Source: Octopus sinensis
Lineage: Eukaryota
Length of the DNA: 64,000 nt
Direction of reading: 5' to 3'
NCBI RefSeq assembly: GCF_006345805.1
Contig: NC_043005.1
Span: 98,518,001-98,582,000 of the forward strand
The position numbers and the translations under genes are program-made. Positions within the stretch are counted from its first letter, which is position 1. Each line of letters opens with the position of its first letter. Below the pieces are notes generated by a model, which saw only the letters and a list, made by a program, of their open reading frames with translations, was not told where the DNA came from and did no database searches. Below are positions 52,030 to 64,000 of this stretch, piece after piece.

Positions 52030-53420
52030 CCATTAATGTTTTATTAAACAGCTGCGTTTTGAGGGAAGTGAGAGAAACATATGTAACAAAAGAATTCCAA
52101 AGGGTTGATCTTCTTAGGACAGGCTGGATATAGTGGTTTGTGTGGAGCCTGGGGATGGGGGTGCATAATTTGGGCAATGGTAAGACAGGAGGCAAGTGAG
52201 TCAAGAATACCTGAGAGGAGAGAAGATGAGACTAGGAACAGAGGCGACAACAGTAGCAGTAGAAAAAGCAGAAAGAAGAGACAACATTTCTGCTAGTCTG
52301 AGACTCAAATATTTGTGTGTAATTTCAAACCTAAATCACATTTAATCACTTTACAAGCCTTTTTTGGATGTAAACTAGGATGTCTGAGTGTATAGCAGCA
52401 GCATAACCGATGTAGGAGGAATATTCCATTGTGAGTCTCAAATGATCTTTAGAGAGGGTCAGTAGTTACTGTGGAGCAGAAGTATTTTCTGAGTCTGAAG
52501 GAGTTCAGTCTTTGAGATGCTAACTTTGTAATGCCGAAGGTGTGTGTTTACCAGCAACGATCCTCGGTTATAATAAGGCTTGTCAATTTCAAGTGATCAT
52601 GTGGGTTTTATTTGCATGTTGTTCATGTTTAGGGAGGGAGAGATGCGATAATGTCTTCTTGATAACGTTAGTGATTGGGTCTTTTTGCTGTCACAGGAGA
52701 CAAGATTTGAATGACCGCATTGAAGGATAATTTTGAAGTTTTTATTTGTGGACTAAATGTAGATGTGGCAAGAGATGCTTAAGTTGCATGTGAATGATAC
52801 TAGTGTGTGGAAAGATAGACGGGAATGAATGGTAGTACCATTTGTGATGGAGCATGCATTGCTGAGGATGATGATAAGCATGTCATTGATGTATAGGAGG
52901 AAAAAAATGGAAGACAAAACTGAACCATGGACCACACCAGAATTGATAGAGTGTAGGTCAAGGAGAGTTTCATCAGCACATGCCATGATAGTACAAGTTG
53001 ACAGGAAGTGATCAATCCAACAGATGGAGCTCCTGCCAGACAGGGTTGAAAGCTTTGCAAATGTTGAAGGGTAACAATAGTACTTTCACCAAATTTTTTC
53101 AAGGGCAAGAGTCCATTGATAAGTGACATAGGAGTGTGTGTCTCCTGTAGATTTGGCTTTACAAAAGCTGTACTGGTGTTCATTAAAGGAGACAGATTTG
53201 AGATGATGGAAAAAGTTGTTAATGGATTGTCTCTCCTTTTGGAGATGTCGGGTGATAAGCTGGGTCAGTGGGATTGCACTTTTTAGAAATGGGACATACT
53301 GTAGCATATTTCTAAAAACTGAGATATATTTCTGTGGAAAAAACAGAATGTGAAGAGTTTGGTGAGAATAGGTACTTGCTCTGGGGCACATTGTTTGAGG
53401 ATAATAGCAGGATATTTTAA
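52030..53420 (-). mobile_element. Degenerate CR1/L2-group RT region
   Basis: Remnants INSGVVHGSVLSSIFFLLYIND, HQYSFCKAKSTGD and STLWNS. Confidence 0.7.
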
Positions 53421-55667
53421 AGGCTGGTGACCTTATTAGTTTTGAGCAAGCAGAGGTACTTTCACACTTTAATGCAGTGGAAAGGAATAGATGGAGAGGA
53501 GATTTACCTTGTGGGTGCAGTGTGGAGTGGGATACAAAATGGGAAGAAAAGGAGAAGCAGTGCTCAAGATTTGTGTGGATTCTCCTAGACAGTTTAATAA
53601 TAAGCTTATACTTATATTTATACATACAGTAAACTTTGTATAAGTTAAAGTCTTGATTCTAAACATCTAATTTAGGGATGTGTGTGTGTGTGTGTGCGCA
53701 TGTGCATACGCATGTGTGTGTAAGTATATGGCATTATAAACCAACTGGAGATTAGAAGGATGAAAATGTGATGCCAAACACAAAGATATCAAAGTCAGAT
53801 TTAATAACAAGGAAAATTTCAAATTTAATCAACTTTGCATTATGTTGTTATTGTTTTTACTCTTTCAGTATTTGATTTCATTCACAATCTATGATGTCCA
53901 AATATTTTTCTAAGGACTTCAGCAATGTGAGTAGAATTCAAGGAAATGTTAAGGGAGCATATAATGGTTTCTTATGCTAGCATAAGGCCAAGTTACGTAG
54001 GAAGGAGGACACCGTGGAAAGATGAAAGACAAAGCTGATTGAAATTTGAACTCAGAGGGTCTGAGCATGTTTAGCCCTTTGCTCTCTTTTCCTCGTGAAA
54101 TTAGTGCAATAAAAAAATGCTGATTATTTACAATTAATACAAGAGACTAGAGGAGTTGATTAAATCAACTTCAATATACCCCAAGTATTTATTTTATTGA
54201 CCTTAGAGGGATGGAAGACAATGTTAGACAAGGATAAATTTGAACTCAGAACATAAAGGACAACACTAAACAATGAAAACCATTTCTTCTACTGTTTCTG
54301 TTGCTGCATATTTTTTTTTATGGTGATGATAATAATTATTGCATTTGCAACAAGGGTGATGGATGAGAGGAAAGACTGTAATGACAAATTGCAAAGAAGT
54401 GCAGATTTTTGCAGAATCAATCATGAAAGAGATATACATGGAAAACAGTATACAAAAAAATGAAATGTGACAGCCCAATAGGGGGATTACCACCTAAGGG
54501 CCAATCAAAGAAGCTTACAGAACCTGGATTATCTGAACTACTGTGATGATCTCTGGCCTCCAGACATGTTCTGAAATTAAGGCTATTTACACAATCAGTT
54601 CATATCAATCTCACCCAGAAGTCTTTAAATGGTTACAATAGCAATAAATTCTCAAATCACACCCTACTATCTTAGATAGGGACACATTAGATAATGTGCA
54701 TTTGAGTTCCCTGTACAAAGGAAAAACAGGACGACAATGATCACGGGATGTTGGAATGCCGAGGACTGCTTATTTAGAGATGAGCTAGGGCTAAATGACA
54801 ACAGTGTTTCAGCCAGTCCACTGGAGGGCTGCAACTTCCTTGCTTTCCACTTCAAGTAGATGTTGAAATTAACGAAGGCTTGGCTGAAGAGCAAAGTATC
54901 TTTCCTCTGGTCTTTCAGTCATGTTCACTGTACAGTTTTTTTCACCATGGCCACCAGACAGGATAAAACTAGCTGCACTTCTTGGCCAAAGACAGTAAGT
55001 TGCTTCTAATGTTGAACATGGACACAGGCAAGGTTGGGTGGTTAAGAAGTTCACTTCACAATCATGAAATCCTAAGTTTAATCCCACTCCATAACATCTT
55101 GGGCAAGTGTCTATTCTATAAGCTCAGGTTGACCCAAGTCTCTTTGAGTGAATCTAGAAGGATGGAAACTGAGTAGAAGCCAGGTGGAAGGATTGCATCC
55201 GAAATTCAAGGATCCAACCATATCAAATTGTTATGCTGATTCAGCTTGGGAACTATGTTAAGAGTACATGGGTTTGTGGATTTACTCAGTCAATTACACA
55301 TCGATTTATTGAGCCAGACGTTCAGTTGATCAAACAACTGAATACTTGCTACTGAAGCTTCCAGTGGATCCATCACATATGACAACAGCAGTTCACTGTA
55401 ACATCACAAGTCACCAGTGATCAGACACTGATTACAAGCATGCAGAATGGTTCCATTGCTCTGCACACAACACAAATAGAATGGACTGACAGTACTTCAA
55501 TACCTGTAAGTTTATTCCAAACTGACAATGTTCTCTGTAGCACTAGCAGAGATTTCTGAAAGTTTTTTAAAGCCCTGGGATGAATATCTTCTTCAGCAGG
55601 GAAGAGCTGATGCTTAGTCCTTCCCTAAGAACATTGATGCTCTTATTCAATCAATAATCCTCTACAG

Positions 55668-55911
55668 CAGTGGTTCTCAACCATTTTTTTACCTATGGGC
55701 CCCTTTGATTTCTTTGATTTTTATTTTACTCAGGTACACCTTAAAAGTCCCATTATATTTAAATACTTAAATATTATAAGGAATTGTATAAGAAAATGTT
55801 AAAATATCTTATGCATTGTAGAATTATAATCAATTAATTGGATATAAATTTTACCAACAAAATCTTATTTGGACCCCTGAGGGCCATATGGACTCCAGCT
55901 GAGTACCACTG
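55668..55911. mobile_element. hAT-like MITE
   Basis: CAGTGGTTCTCAA ... GCTGAGTACCACTG termini. No TSD found. Confidence 0.55.
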
Positions 55912-56256
55912 CATCATCTGACTGGTAGAGAACTGTGAGCACTTGACAATATTCCTGATGCCAAGTACTCAATCTTAGTCCTTGGTAATGCAGGGTTACA
56001 GCGCTATTCAAGAGATGATTTATGGGGGCACATTACCTGACACAGATAGCTTTAGTGCATCATCACCCATGCACACTAAGTTTTTTGCATTGGCAGTAGA
56101 TGGACATTCTGACCAGTAGAACACATTGCTTCCACAAGAAGTGAAAAAGCAGAAGGTGCAGGTCAACTGAAAACTAAGGTAGAGTATGGTAGTCAGAGAG
56201 GAATAAAGAGCAACTAGTCTGAAGGTAATAATAATAATAATAATAAGATGTCTTAC

Positions 56257-56387
56257 TTGAAATTCATCGAAACATAAAAGCCAGGTGTTGGTGCTGATTT
56301 CTTTTGCAACAGGAGGAATTGGGTCAAATGCTTCTGAATGATTTACATTCCTCTGTTTAGGCATCTCTTTCTTCACTTTATGAATTT
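56257..56387 (-). CDS. AFG1L: AFG1-like ATPase exon 5 (IHKVKKEMPKQRNVNHSEAFDPIPPVAKEISTNTWLLCFDEFQ)
   Basis: Walker B LLCFDEFQ. 131 nt, AG/GT. Confidence 0.97.
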
Positions 56388-57545
56388 CTGAAATAATCAG
56401 TCAACGCATGTATATCTGAACATGTAAATCGGTGAGATGTAAGTATATATTATATCACTGTTTTAATGCTAGCATGATAGTTCTTCCTTTTTTTGTTCTC
56501 TCACTTATGATATTCTTATGTCATTAGAGCTGGAGTCAACTTTCATGCTCAGCTCTCATTATATCATACATATTGTATTCACTCAAAATACACAATCAAA
56601 CCCATTGCACTGGCTGAAGCAGCTCTTTTCTCAATACATCTTCAGACACATTAAATATTGTCAGGGTTGATTCAACCAACTATTAACTGGGAAAAGAGCA
56701 ACATGTTGACTATTTGGATATTATTTATGTTTTTCTTTTTCTTTTGGTTTACTGTTACTGGTTTCAGTTGTTGAACTGTGGTCATACTGGAGCATTGACT
56801 TTAAGGTTTAGTTAATCATATTGACTCCCAGTACATATTTCAGTCTGTTACTTATTATCTCTATTTCTCAAAGAGCCAAGTTCCTTTTTATGGAAAGTGT
56901 TGCAACTTGATGCACCATTTTACATGTGTATACACCCATAAGTATACAAGAGGTTTCTTCAATCTCCATCTACTAAATTTCACTCACAAAGTTTTAGTCA
57001 ATCTAAGGCTTTAGTAAAAGTCATTTACCCAAGGTAACATACAGTGGGTTTGGATCCAGGTTGTAAAGTCAACATCTCAACAACATTGCTATACATACAC
57101 CTATCTAAAGAAACACAGATCACAACTGACAATGATACTGACACAGGAGAGGAGAATAAAATTAAGTGACATTGATACTTTTCTGACAGACATTAATTAC
57201 TGGAGAATGTGAGGTAACATGAAGTCAGGGTGGCAAGCCTGAGTGCATAATTATATAACTAATATTTATTTTATCAACTTCAAAAGGGTGAGAGGCAAAG
57301 TCAACTTGAGCTAAGTTTGAACTCAGGATATTAAAAAGTAAATACAATAATATATTAGTCCAATATTCTACTTTTTCTGACAATTCTCCATCCTTGATGA
57401 TATTTGTTTATTTTAGATGGATTTAGATGGACCTACATTTTAAAAGAAGGAGCACAAAATAAAATAGCCATACTTTTCCCAAAGACATCAGAAACATATT
57501 ATCTTACTGCTGACATAAACAAGAAAATTGTAAACGTAGACGTAC

Positions 57546-57647
57546 TTTTATGGACATCAAGCATGAATTCATGAAAGTGTACCCGGAGTTTCTTCTCAAT
57601 CACACAGTTATTGTGGAAGAGATCCATCAACATGGTCTTACCACAGC
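57546..57647 (-). CDS. AFG1L: AFG1-like ATPase exon 4 (GCGKTMLMDLFHNNCVIEKKLRVHFHEFMLDVHK)
   Basis: Walker A GKT plus the family motif RVHFHxFMLDVH. 102 nt, AG/GT. Confidence 0.97.
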
Positions 57648-57799
57648 CTAAAGAATAAAAAGAGTGAAATGTACAACTATCAATTATCATTTTAGAAGAC
57701 TCTTGACTGCAGCTAACACAACAGTCCATTTAAAAGAAATCATCATTGAAGTAAAAAGTAACACAAAAAAGAAATTTTTTAAAAATTGCACCAACCTAC

Positions 57800-57860
57800 C
57801 AACATCTCCATATAAATAAATGCCTCTGGGTGCTTTTTGGTCATTTTTTAATTTTAACAT
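57800..57860 (-). CDS. AFG1L: AFG1-like ATPase exon 3 (MLKLKNDQKAPRGIYLYGDVG)
   Basis: PRGIYLYGDVG is the first half of the AFG1 Walker A motif. 61 nt, AG/GT. Confidence 0.95.
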
Positions 57861-58185
57861 CTGCAACAAGAATTTGAAAACATATTGAAGATTTGCAAAA
57901 CCAATTAGAGAAAATATCTGAAATATCAAACAAAGAATGAATTCCCTTTTAAAGTGAGAATAAAGGAAATTAAGTTGAGCATCAGGTAAGACTGATTAAA
58001 TTATTAAGTTCATCTTTTTAATTTAAATTACTACAGAAATTTCCCTAGGTAGAAAAGCACTAATCTACTGTAGATAACTTCTGTAGATGAAAATTAAACT
58101 CCCTATCACAGCAGCTACATGCAGTTGTGAGCCAATCTGCTCTGTTTCCCATCCTACATATAGCAACTAAGTGGGATTCTTGAGA

Positions 58186-58575
58186 GCTAAGAGTATGGAG
58201 TATATTGCAGTACTGTTGACATCATAGCCAGCTGTCAGTACTCTATCAATTCAACTATCCATGTACTTATCCTTCGAAATAGAGGTGATAGAAATGGTAT
58301 CTTATCTAAATAAAATAAGACAAGCAGGGCAATGCATCAGTCGCCAAGAGAGCACAATCCAATATCTATGACACCTTATCATCATATGCTCAATAATCCA
58401 GTTATGCTATGTCTTGTCCTAAGTATGACTTTAAACGGCATCTGATTGTGGGGCCCTGGTTCAGGAGCTCGTGGGTTTTGATGAATGTGGATAAGTACAT
58501 GGATAGTTGAATTGATAGAGTACTGACAGCTGGCTATGATGTCAACAGTACTGCAATATACTCCATACTCTTAGC
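58186..58575. repeat. Perfect 87-bp inverted repeat with 216-bp spacer
   Basis: 58186-58272 is the exact reverse complement of 58489-58575. Confidence 0.95.
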
Positions 58576-59458
58576 CACTATTGTTCCCAGATCTACGCTG
58601 ACCCAGAGTAGTAGCACCTGTCAAGGTCTCATCTATGGGCTAATAAGCATATTAGAGCTTGCCTGCCTATGCATGTGAGGACTGGATCTGGCAGACTGAG
58701 CAGAAGAAACCTTCAAGTTTCAACAGAAAAGTAGACGGCTGCCACAATGCATTGTGAAGTGCAGAGAGTAAGATGAGGCTAGTAAGACATCTTGGTCTTC
58801 CACTACATCCATTTCCATCCCCACTTGTCTTAACCTGGTCTTGTCACTGGATTGAAAATGGTTGCAGATGAGAGAGTGAGGGTGATGGTATGTAACACTT
58901 CTTCACTTTAAACAAAGTTATGCAAGTCATCAGTTATCCTTAAAGACAACTAGACAGTCCTTCTTGCTCTGATAGATGAACATGAATACTATGACATACA
59001 TACCGAAGCTATTATATGAATGCATACACTGTAACTGAAAAGATTAATTAGACTAAGATAATGACAAATTGAGTGCAGACATGGATGGGTGGCTAAAAAT
59101 TTAACAACACAACTAAATGTTTTCAGATTCAATCTCACCACTATGCAACATCTTGGGCTATCTTTTATCATAACCTCAGGTTGACCTGGACCATTATGAG
59201 TGATATCTGTAAGATGGAAACTGTGAGGAAGCCTGCTGGAAGGACTATTTTTGTTTTATAGGTGCTCAATTTAACATCAATACTCGAACCTTGGATGCTT
59301 TTAGCAGAATCCACTCTGTTGCAACCATTAAGGCTAAGTTTCCAGTCTGAGGATAACTTCCTCCTATCAGTCACAGAGGCAATGAAAAAGACTATGGGTG
59401 CTACTCTTCTGCCTCTCATTAGGCCATAAAAAATGTATTTAATAGGAAAGATTGTTAC

Positions 59459-59655
59459 CTTTTGAAACCAAGTAGAAGTCACTGGCTTGTAGTCTTTTAA
59501 GTGGTCATGGAGTGATTGTAGGTTTCCAATAACGCTAATTTGGTGATCATCAGCTTTCAATTGTCCATACTTGCATAGATCATAGTAGGTATCCAGTAAA
59601 GGTGAGTTCTGTTTAGTGGAATTACATCTTGTCAGACAGTAGAAAACCTTCTTTG
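59459..59655 (-). CDS. AFG1L: AFG1-like ATPase exon 2 (AKKVFYCLTRCNST...PLLDTYYDLCKYGQLKADDHQISVIGNLQSLHDHLKDYKPVTSTWFQK)
   Basis: AG/GT boundaries, 197 nt. Resembles the AFG1L N-terminal helix region (human GPLDHYDFLIKAHELKDDEHQRRVIQCLQKLHEDLKGY, recalled). Confidence 0.9.
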
Positions 59656-59754
59656 CTGAGATAAAATGATACAGAAAGATAAGTATATATAAGTACATAA
59701 TACTAGGTATGGATATCACTAGAAGAATGGAAATACATGCATAGAGAAGATATT

Positions 59755-60160
59755 ATCATCATCATTATTATTATTGAGTGAGAGAGCTGCAAATGCCATC
59801 AAAGTGATGCTGGTGTACAAATATATGAAACCCAATATACCCATTATGACTACATGTCTGATAAAAATACACCAGGCACATGTATCACAACTACATGTGT
59901 ACAACATGGTGATGCCAGATCAAGATAAACAGTGTATGACCTTGCAGGAGAGGCCCAGTTAAAATGTTCTTCAAGTCAAGTAGCTCATCTTACTCAAAAG
60001 GTCCTTGAATAAGGGTCATTTGAGGATGATGAAAGAAACATCAATGTTTCCAGAGGTGAGTTATTCAAACCCCAAAGAATTCCTCTCAACACATAGCTAT
60101 AATGATCCCCAACCACTCCTGCTCATGATCTGAGATGCATACATCATCAGCCAAATAAGG
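59755..60160 (-). mobile_element. (AAT)-tailed retroposon, copy 2
   Basis: Homologous to 18775-19340. Confidence 0.7.
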
Positions 60161-60431
60161 GACATACTAAATGGTTAGGGTTAAGCAAGTGACAAGCAAA
60201 TCTGCAATACTGAACAGACATTGTTACTATCATTTTTTAGCCCAAGAAATTTTGAAAGTACAGCTCTTCTCAATGAGTGACCAGTTTTATTCCTGTTGGG
60301 AATCTTTCTCTCCCTGTCTGAGTGTGTGTGTTTCTATATATCCCTCTCTCTCTTTCGGAGAGGCACTGAGCAGCTATACGCACACATACACACACGGCAG
60401 TAACTTCCGCCTGCCGAATTCAATCACAAAG

Positions 60432-60492
<61 letters not shown>

Positions 60493-60495
<3 letters not shown>

Positions 60496-60712
60496 TAGAA
60501 AAAAAATACCTTTTATCAATTCAAAATGAACAATTAAATTACACCATCTAGAAAATTACATATAATAGAAATATTAAAATTAAAATAACAATGAAATGTC
60601 AATGATTAGACATTTTATTGTTATCTTAATTTTAATATTTCTTTTATATGTAATTTTCTAGATGGTGTAATTTAATTGTTTTGAATTGATAAAAGGTGGG
60701 TTTTTTTCTAAT
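60493..60712. repeat. Palindromic element (~105-bp arms) embedded in (TA)n
   Basis: Arms 60493-60600 and 60609-60712 are reverse complements. Confidence 0.88.
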
Positions 60713-60832
60713 CTTTTATATATATATATTATATTGTGTAAAATTTGATTTAGTATTTCTAAATTGAATTTTTTCCCTGTAAGTTTGGATTTATATTCCC
60801 TGAAATAATAATTATATATATATATATATATA

Positions 60833-60885
<53 letters not shown>

Positions 60886-60912
60886 CATATATTTACAGAA
60901 AGTTAATTATAT

Positions 60913-61071
60913 GGTCAAGCATAGTGATCAATGGCTTCGTATCCATAAAGCGCTAAGCCTTATAGACAACTTGTCAGACACCAGTTATATGTCTGCAGCC
61001 ACTGGAATCTGACGAATCATCTATAAGGCTAAGCGCTTTATGGATGCAAAACCATTGGTCACTCTATGACC
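60913..61071. repeat. Imperfect hairpin, ~70-bp arms
   Basis: Core atccataaagcgctaagccttataga / tctataaggctaagcgctttatggat (25/26 complementary). Confidence 0.85.
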
Positions 61072-61734
61072 AGACATACAACTTAAATACATCACTGCTC
61101 TAAATTTTAGTCATCATCTTCATCATCATGCTTCTTTTTCAGATATATGATCCACTGACGTTATATATATTTGTATATCTATAAAAGACAGGATGTGTGT
61201 GTATACGTGAATGTAATTTATGCACATCCACAAATTAGCATGCATGTTGCTCCAATTTTAGGAGGACATTTGTGACAACCCTAGCTGTATTTTCGTCAAA
61301 TTATTTTTCCCGAGGCACCATGTCCATCAACAAATCCCAAGGCCAAACACTATTGGTGGCAGGCATACATTTGGGGTTTTCCATTCAATCAAGTTAAAAA
61401 ATTGATAAACCGATTCCTTACAGGATTTCCCACTAAAATTGGCTACACCCCATTTTCAACTATAACTTTTACCAATTTTGACATATTTTGCTCAAACTTG
61501 CTACCAGCATTACTTAGGACTCATCGGATCTTTCAATGCTTTAAGTTCTAAAAAAAGAAAAAACAAAAAAAAACAACTGATGAGTGGAAATAATCGATAC
61601 ACCGATTCCTTATGGGATTTCTCAATCAAATTGCCTGCAACCCATTTTCAGCCAAACGTTTACCAATGGATTTCGCTCAAATTTGATGTCGGTGTCATGT
61701 ATTTTGGTTTGAAATAAAGCACTTGATCCCTTAA

Positions 61735-62060
61735 TAATCCTGTGGTTAGAGCGTCGAGCTTACGATCTTGAGGTTGTGAGCTCGAATCCCGGACCGGGCT
61801 GCGTGTTGTGTTCTCGAGCAAGGCACTTTATTTCACGCTGCTCCAGTTCACTCAGCTGTAGAAATGAGTTGCGACGTCACTGGTGCCAAGCTGTATCGAC
61901 CTTTGTCTTTCCCTTGGATAACACTGGTGGCGTGGAGAGGGGAGGCTGGTATGCATGGGCGACTGCTGGCCTTCCATAAACAACCTTGCCCGGACTTGTG
62001 TCTAGGAGGGTAACTTTCTAGGTGCAATCCCATGGTCATTCATGACCGAAGGGGGTCTTT
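61735..62060 (+). mobile_element. tRNA(Arg)-like SINE (family D)
   Basis: Head gtggttagagcgtcgagcttacgatc...ctcgaatcccgg, followed by a CORE/Meta-like domain. Confidence 0.88.
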
Positions 62061-62684
62061 ACCCTTTACCAAGCTTTAAGAGAAAAAATAAATACTGGAG
62101 TTGTTGATAGTTGATTCGTTTGACTGAAATTCTTCAGGGCAATGCCCCCACCATGGCCATAGTCTAATGACGCATAAAAGATAAAATGAAAGTTAAATTA
62201 TTTGGGAAGTTCATTTGTAATCACGATGTAGTTTATCCTCTATTCTAACTAGATTACACGTACCCAAGTTGCAAGGATGCCGGTACTCTCCTTTTTGGCT
62301 GAAGTAAACCTAAATCGACCCAAAATCGATGTTTTTACTTTCTTTCTTTGCTTATGTTTGTGTTTTCTTCGGTTTGGGATTTGTATTTTAATGTGGTTTT
62401 GCATCATTTATGTATTATATCCATACGTGTTATATATGTAATGAAATGAATCCAATATATATTATAAACTCGGGTATTAATTGTCGGGTATTTGATCAGC
62501 TTGCAATGTCGAGGTCAACTCCACCCATTAATTAATACCAGGTATTTTCCGTTATTGAATCTCAATGTACACAGAATTTTTCAGAATTTTTTTCCCCATT
62601 TCAACACCTTGTTGAAACCAATTGTATTTACATGTCACTATATCCAAATACAACGTAAACTTAAACAGTGCGTCATAATAATAA

Positions 62685-62905
62685 TAATTGTGTACAGTGC
62701 TCAGGTGCACTACAACTCATTTAAAGTGTATATATAATCAGGTGTAGTTTCGGCGGATTTCGGAAAGCATGAGGGCCTTAAAGGATGCAGTGTGATGGCA
62801 GTCAACAACTGACGCAGGCAGTTTATTCCATGCTTCAGCAACTCTGAGCGTGAAAGAATGTTTCCGAAAGTCATGGAAGGAGCTGTGTTGTTTTCTCACT
62901 TTCAT
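62685..62905 (-). mobile_element. CR1-type LINE 3' fragment
   Basis: VRKQHSS...FRKHSFTLRVAEAWNKLP, same family as 43549. Confidence 0.88.
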
Positions 62906-63016
62906 GTACTGGTAAATATACAAAGGTTCGAGTATTTCGTCCTTACTCAGACGAAGTCGACATAAAAAGACCTTGTAAATCACTATTACGTAACTATTTT
63001 CAAGAACTACAACAGC

Positions 63017-63053
<37 letters not shown>

Positions 63054-63364
63054 GAGTAGTAGTACTAAAAATAATAATAATCCTTTCTACTAAGGCACAA
63101 AGCCCGAAATTTGAAGGGAGGGGCAAGTCGATTACATCGCTCCGGTGCTCGACTGGTACTTATTTCATCGATCCCGATAGGATGAACGGAAAAGTCTTAT
63201 TAACAATAATAAATTCGTAAATACAACCGAAAAATCAACAAGCAATAAAAGTAAACAAAAAACGATTAATAACAATTTTCTCCGTGAAGTCCGAACCTGG
63301 GAAAATAAATCTTCCAAGATGCTTGTGTCAACTGATAAATACAGAAAAGGAGAGATCAATCTAC

Positions 63365-63443
63365 CTTGTGGCGTGAGTACCACACCTATGTGAGGTCTCC
63401 GAAAAAGAGTCCAATACAAGTGATGGATCGGTGCCATGGTCAT
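63365..63443 (-). CDS. AFG1L: AFG1-like ATPase, probable coding exon 1 (MTMAPIHHLYWTLFRRPHIGVVLTPQ, putative mitochondrial presequence)
   Basis: ATG at 63443 with an in-frame stop upstream. Donor CAAG|GTAGAT gives phase 1, which matches exon 2. The peptide is Arg-containing with no acidic residues, and the surroundings are CpG-rich. Confidence 0.6.
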
Positions 63444-63919
63444 TCGGAGACTTTGTCCGACGAGGTTATCCTGTCATTCAAACGAAGGGCGCCATAAGTC
63501 ATTCTGCACAAGGGGAAACAACTCTGGATGACAGCTGTATCGGCTTTCCTCCTCCTCCTCCTCCTCCTGCTGCTGCTGCCATGGACGGATGATTCTGTTG
63601 GCATTTGAGTAGAGAGGAGTTGATATAATCATGGCAAACTTTGTGATAACTATAACATTTTGGCTTATATGTATGAATATTCGATTTTTCTAATTAACGG
63701 CATCATTGAAAAATGCACATGATGAAAGTTGTTGGTGGGTATGAAGAGGTACATAAAAATGCCAAAATAACAGAAAAATAAGAAAATTGTATTTATCACT
63801 CACCAACTTTTACATAGGTCCCATTACTTTTAATCTGTACCATATATTGTCATCAATGTAGTTCACAAATGCTCTTCCTAATTTCACAAATGTTGTACAG
63901 GTATGCATTCAAAACCACT

Positions 63920-64000
63920 ATATCATCATCATCATCATCATCACCGTTTAACGTCCGCTTTCCATGCTAGTATGGGTTGGACGATTTGACTGAGGACTGG
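63920..64000 (-). mobile_element. RTE 3' end, running off the window
   Basis: (CAT)n-gtttaacgtccgctttccatgctag. Confidence 0.85.

Noticed and set aside
59168-59719. 183-aa ORF as a standalone gene
   Set aside because: Only 59459-59655 is AFG1L exon 2. The rest is intron and SINE-derived sequence.
61739-61810. tRNA-Arg-like sequence
   Set aside because: It is a SINE head: no proper acceptor stem, and it continues into a SINE body with a second copy at 49872-50209.
63165-63364. Hydrophobic continuation of ORF 63165-63443
   Set aside because: It lies after the predicted exon 1 donor and is read-through into U-rich intron.
63474-63476. Stop-codon read-through or selenocysteine fusing the 52-aa uORF to AFG1L
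   Set aside because: The TGA-CAG context is not a strong read-through signal, I recognised no SECIS, and the extension is microsatellite-derived.

Overview
AT-rich, microsatellite- and retroposon-dense eukaryotic DNA. The repeat families and composition point to a coleoid cephalopod, most likely Octopus (inference). I assembled by hand one complete conserved gene on the minus strand: the mitochondrial AFG1-like ATPase (AFG1L/LACE1). It has 13 coding exons between 63443 and 31740, all GT-AG and phase-compatible, totalling 1371 nt (456 aa). Exon 1 is the least certain. A second, apparently orphan gene on the plus strand (11571-11906) would encode a 111-aa single-pass membrane microprotein with probable non-coding upstream exons. 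The rest is mobile DNA: two near-identical R4/Dong-like RLE LINE copies in (AAT)n tracts, RTE, CR1-like and Tx1-like LINE fragments, several tRNA-derived SINE families (some with long TSDs), mariner and maT-like relics, piggyBac-type MITEs, Helitron-like elements and several long hairpins. There is no rRNA, no genuine tRNA and no CRISPR array. The best leads are the orphan membrane microprotein, the twin LINEs sharing inactivating lesions, dsRNA-forming structures in the AFG1L pre-mRNA, degenerate hammerhead-ribozyme motifs, and a stem-loop array in the RTE 3' UTR. All family assignments come from recalled motifs, not database searches. Identity figures are by-eye estimates.
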